A DNA stretch of 64,000 nucleotides from Seison nebaliae (lineage: Eukaryota): NCBI GenBank assembly GCA_023231475.1, contig JALJEE010000145.1, forward strand, positions 1 through 64,000, read 5' to 3'. How positions within the stretch are numbered: position 1 is the first letter of the stretch; each line of letters starts with the position of its first letter. Position numbers and translations under genes: made by a program. The notes beneath the pieces are model-generated. The model ran no database searches. It saw nothing but the letters and a program-made list of their open reading frames with translations, and was not told the DNA's origin. This document shows, in pieces, positions 60,525 through 64,000 of the stretch.

Positions 60525-60538
60525 GTTACTATGGAAAC
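60525..60538. promoter_or_regulatory. RFX X-box
   Basis: GTTACT-AT-GGAAAC matches the GTHNYY-AT-RRNAAC consensus, ~65 bp upstream of the EFCAB5-like ATG. Confidence 0.75.
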
Positions 60539-60602
60539 TAAGTAAATAAAATCAAAACTCATATTCAATTTCTTAAAAAAAAAACTTATTTGCTTTAAAA
60601 TA

Positions 60603-63600
60603 ATGGGAATTGATCTAAAACATTCCTCTCAACATAATGCCATCGAACGATATTATTGTTATGGCGAATTAGCTCAGAAGAAATTGGTGAAGTTTTCCGA
60701 CGAACACGAATTATGTCAAAGCTTAACTAGTTGCGGACAATTGACGAAGATATTTGCCAATAAGAGAAAGTGTGATGAGGAGAATTTCAATGTTTCTGAA
60801 AAAATTCGTTCTGACTTCCTGAAAATTTCGTTAGATCTGCTCGCCAAACAATGGTTCCATCGACAGGATTTGAGAAAGGAAGAAATCTTATATTTAATCG
60901 ATGAAATCGTTCCCGCCACCGTTCTAGCATGTGATGCTCTCCTGAATATGTTAGAAGCGGAGAATATGAATTTCGATGATCCCCAATTTAATCCATTATC
61001 ATTCCTCGGATCTTGGCTATTACGTCATAATCCGAGAAGACATCCGTTCATTTTAAGAAAAGAATATGGGAGAACTTGTCGTATTGGTTATTATCAGGTG
61101 AAGCAAATACTTTATGGATATCGTTTACCCGAACTTGAAAATGTTTATAGAATTTTCATTTTTTTAATATAATAATCGTTCCAAATGTAAGTGTAAAATG
61201 ACTGCCATCAATCTCTTCCAAGAACATGTTCAACAGGAAGTCATTGATAAAATGGAACAAGAACGACGACATTCTCTATTATCAAATGAATTTGCTGCTT
61301 GGAACAATAATTATCATGGTACCATATCGACGGATATCGTTTTTAATGTTTTCAAATATGTTGCACATATTTTGAATGAGAGATATGATGAATTACCATT
61401 CCATCAAATACGACGTTTAGATGAAGCTATTCAACGAAATATCTACACCTTCTTCAATGTGAAACAATTTATTGAAGTTGGAATTTAAGGGCAAAATTAA
61501 TTTCAATAATTTATTTTCAGTTCACTAAACGACTATTGAAGTGGCATCCAAAAATGATGTTTGATGAAATTTTAGCAATAATTCGTTTATGTCGAAATAT
61601 GCATGAAAGTTCACTAATCGTTCATCAACTAACCGAATATTTGAAGACTATTTTTACCGATTTGGATTCGATGAATGTTTACATAATTTCTTTCAACATT
61701 CACTTCCTAACTTCATTTGTCGATTAGATAAAATTAATAGATAGACAATCGATGCAAGAACGAGCAGTAAAGATATTTTCGGAAGTTTCTTTTAATCGAA
61801 CAATCCGCAATCCACTCATGAGTTAATTTAAAATAATTTTTCCTGTTTATATTTTTCCGAATAAAGTTCCCATGGATAGTCGAGTTGATGACGATCGATA
61901 TTATTTGGAAAATTTCCTTCTCATCGAAGATTCGTTGAAACAACCAAGAGGGTTGTCCGTCCATATGGATAAGGAAATTAGCGTTCGACAATTGAGTAAT
62001 AGTGCCGGATCAGAAGTGAGTTATCATACTCAAACTGTAACTGAGAATTTAGATAAGGATCGCAGATCTAATTTTAAAACTTACGTGAAACGTCCGTTGG
62101 ATGTGAAGAACATTTCCGGTTGTTATCTGAGGAAATCATTAGATGCAAGTTATGTGAAAGATTCGAATTGGAATTTGTTAGAGAGGAACGAGAAATATCT
62201 GGATTTCCACGCTTTCCATACGTTCATCACGTCGTTAATGGAAGCGAATGTACTCGTAAATAACATACAGAAGTTTTGTGAGAAACTTATAAATGAACAT
62301 CCATTAAATCCAGAATTAACGTTGGAATCGTTGAAGGAACAACGAGAGAATATTCAACGTGATCGACTAATTTATAAGACATACGAAATATTTAAGAGTT
62401 GGGATCGTACGAATTCAGGAAAAATTTATGCTGATGACATCTTCAACATACTCTCAAAATATGACGACGAAAAAAACAATTATATTATAGCCAAAGGTTC
62501 TTCCTCTTCTTATTCATTTTCTTCATAAATTTTCATTTAGTTCAAGAAATTCATTGCTCTTCTCAGAAAATTACTGTGAATAAAATTGAATTTTCTTCCT
62601 TACTCATCGACTATTATACACTTCATACATGGAATGATGACATGGTTTTTCTCACTCGATTTATATATCAAAAATTAAAAGTTTATGGAATTTTTGTTAA
62701 TTTCAAAATTCAAATTAATTCCAGCAAACTTATGAGGAGAATGTGAAATTGAGTAGTCGACGTGAATGGTTGAGGTCTCTCCTTCTCCTTTCCCATCAAC
62801 ACAACTGCACCACAAAAGATATCGCCAATCGAACATTCGATATCATTCTACAGGTTTTCCCACCATCATTTCCATTTTTTATAGCGATTTTCTAGAATTC
62901 CGTTAACCAAAAAGAAAGTACACTACGAAATTATTCGGTTACCATATACTATTTATTGCCGAGAGTGGGAAGCGATATAGGACTGAGAGTTATCGCTGCA
63001 ACGAAACCAGATGATGAGTATTGTGAAGGAAAGATTATAACCCCTGAAGATTCCACTTTAATGTTCGGATGTATCGAATCTAGTAAAATCATATTGAAAA
63101 CAAATACTGCTAATGATAAGACGATTTTCCATTGGATTCCTGATAGAGATTCCATCAACGGATGTATCGCTTATGTACCAATTTTAAACTGCGACACTCA
63201 AGCCGTCGGAATCATGGTTGTTGATACATTTCGTGATAGATATCCAGAAGATAAATTCACAAAAGAAGAATTAGATTTCTTTCAAGTTATTCAATTAATT
63301 TACTCGTATAATTCTCTCTTGATATTATAAGATGTTCGCCAATGCATTCGATACGGCATATAATCAGTTGAAACGGAATTTACAATTTTTATTTGCTGTG
63401 AAAAATTTCGTTAATCATATGTTCCACAAATATCGATCAGTTAATACGATTCATCAATTCTATTCAATTAATTAATATTAATTCTAGATAAAAGGAATAA
63501 ACTTCTATGAAGTTCATCCACAAAATATCTCAAAGGACAAATCGAATGAATGTCCGTTTTCTCTCAAACGTTTATTTCATTGTGATGGAACGGCATGTCT

Positions 63601-64000
63601 ACTAGATCAATCATTGGAAGAGAGTTGGAAAGAACAAGAACTTTTCTTGTCCGATTCCATATTTCGGTTAATCTCAACTTAAAACAATTGAAATTTAAAT
63701 GTCATTACAAATAGAGAGGGGATGTTTCGAAGCGTTCGAGATGGTATCACAGTCATATCGCCCAATGCATTGGATATCGATATATATCAACCACTAATGG
63801 CTGATAAAAAGGAAACATCACATCTCTTCCAATTTGTAGTAGATGCACAAATCCTATCCATAGAGAATATTTTCACAATGAAAGACAATATTTTCCGTTT
63901 AGACTTTGTCCGATACAACAATCGAATTCAAAGATTTCTCGAATGCATTAGAGATGGTTCTACTGATAGTGTCGCCTTCATTAAATATAGTTATTTCAAT
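60603..64000 (+). CDS. EF-hand calcium-binding domain protein 5-like, multi-exon, truncated by the window end
   Basis: YLIDEIVP..V...FNPLSFLGSWLLRHNP (EFCAB5-like docking block), EF-hand-like WDRTNSGKIYADD, GAF-like YVPI...VGIMVVDT; ten GTT..AG introns. Confidence 0.7.

Noticed and set aside
1..64000. Alternative genetic code or stop-codon readthrough as the explanation for broken ORFs
   Set aside because: Almost all breaks are resolved by short GT-AG introns; TAA, TAG and TGA all end conserved proteins and conserved motifs translate normally
1..64000. tRNA, rRNA, snRNA or SL RNA genes
   Set aside because: None recognised by eye; a covariance-model search would be needed to exclude them

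Overview
AT-rich, very gene-dense eukaryotic (metazoan) nuclear DNA, not a prokaryote. It holds about 29 protein-coding genes. Recognisable ones are PARN/CAF1-like, FPGS, a Cys-loop nAChR-like subunit, BORCS8, BRF1, NAA40, nucleolin-like, PWWP2-like, Orai, agmatine deiminase, an H2A variant, TPST, NKAPD1-like, GTF2H5, PGAM5, RBM45, NDUFA6, BolA2, ZNF598, MIOS, MRPL51, CLN5 and EFCAB5-like; the rest are orphans. There are also decayed non-LTR retroelement fragments and microsatellites. Gene names come from remembered motifs, not database searches. Gene content and compaction suggest a small ciliated invertebrate, possibly a rotifer-like spiralian (inference only). The main observation comes from manually splicing the genes. 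About 55 of about 57 reconstructed introns begin GTT rather than GTRAGT, show almost no conservation at +4 to +6, and are short (those measured are 41-109 nt). Two perfect GTRAGT sites next to real donors break the reading frame if used, which points to a divergent 5' splice-site recognition system. Other highlights: a bacterial-type, possibly secreted agmatine/peptidylarginine deiminase carrying a host-style intron; a duplicated pair of secreted Arg/Tyr/Trp-rich peptides under strong purifying selection; a macroH2A-like histone lacking the macrodomain; an nAChR-like subunit with a ~140-aa insertion replacing loop C; and several operon-like or bicistronic gene junctions.
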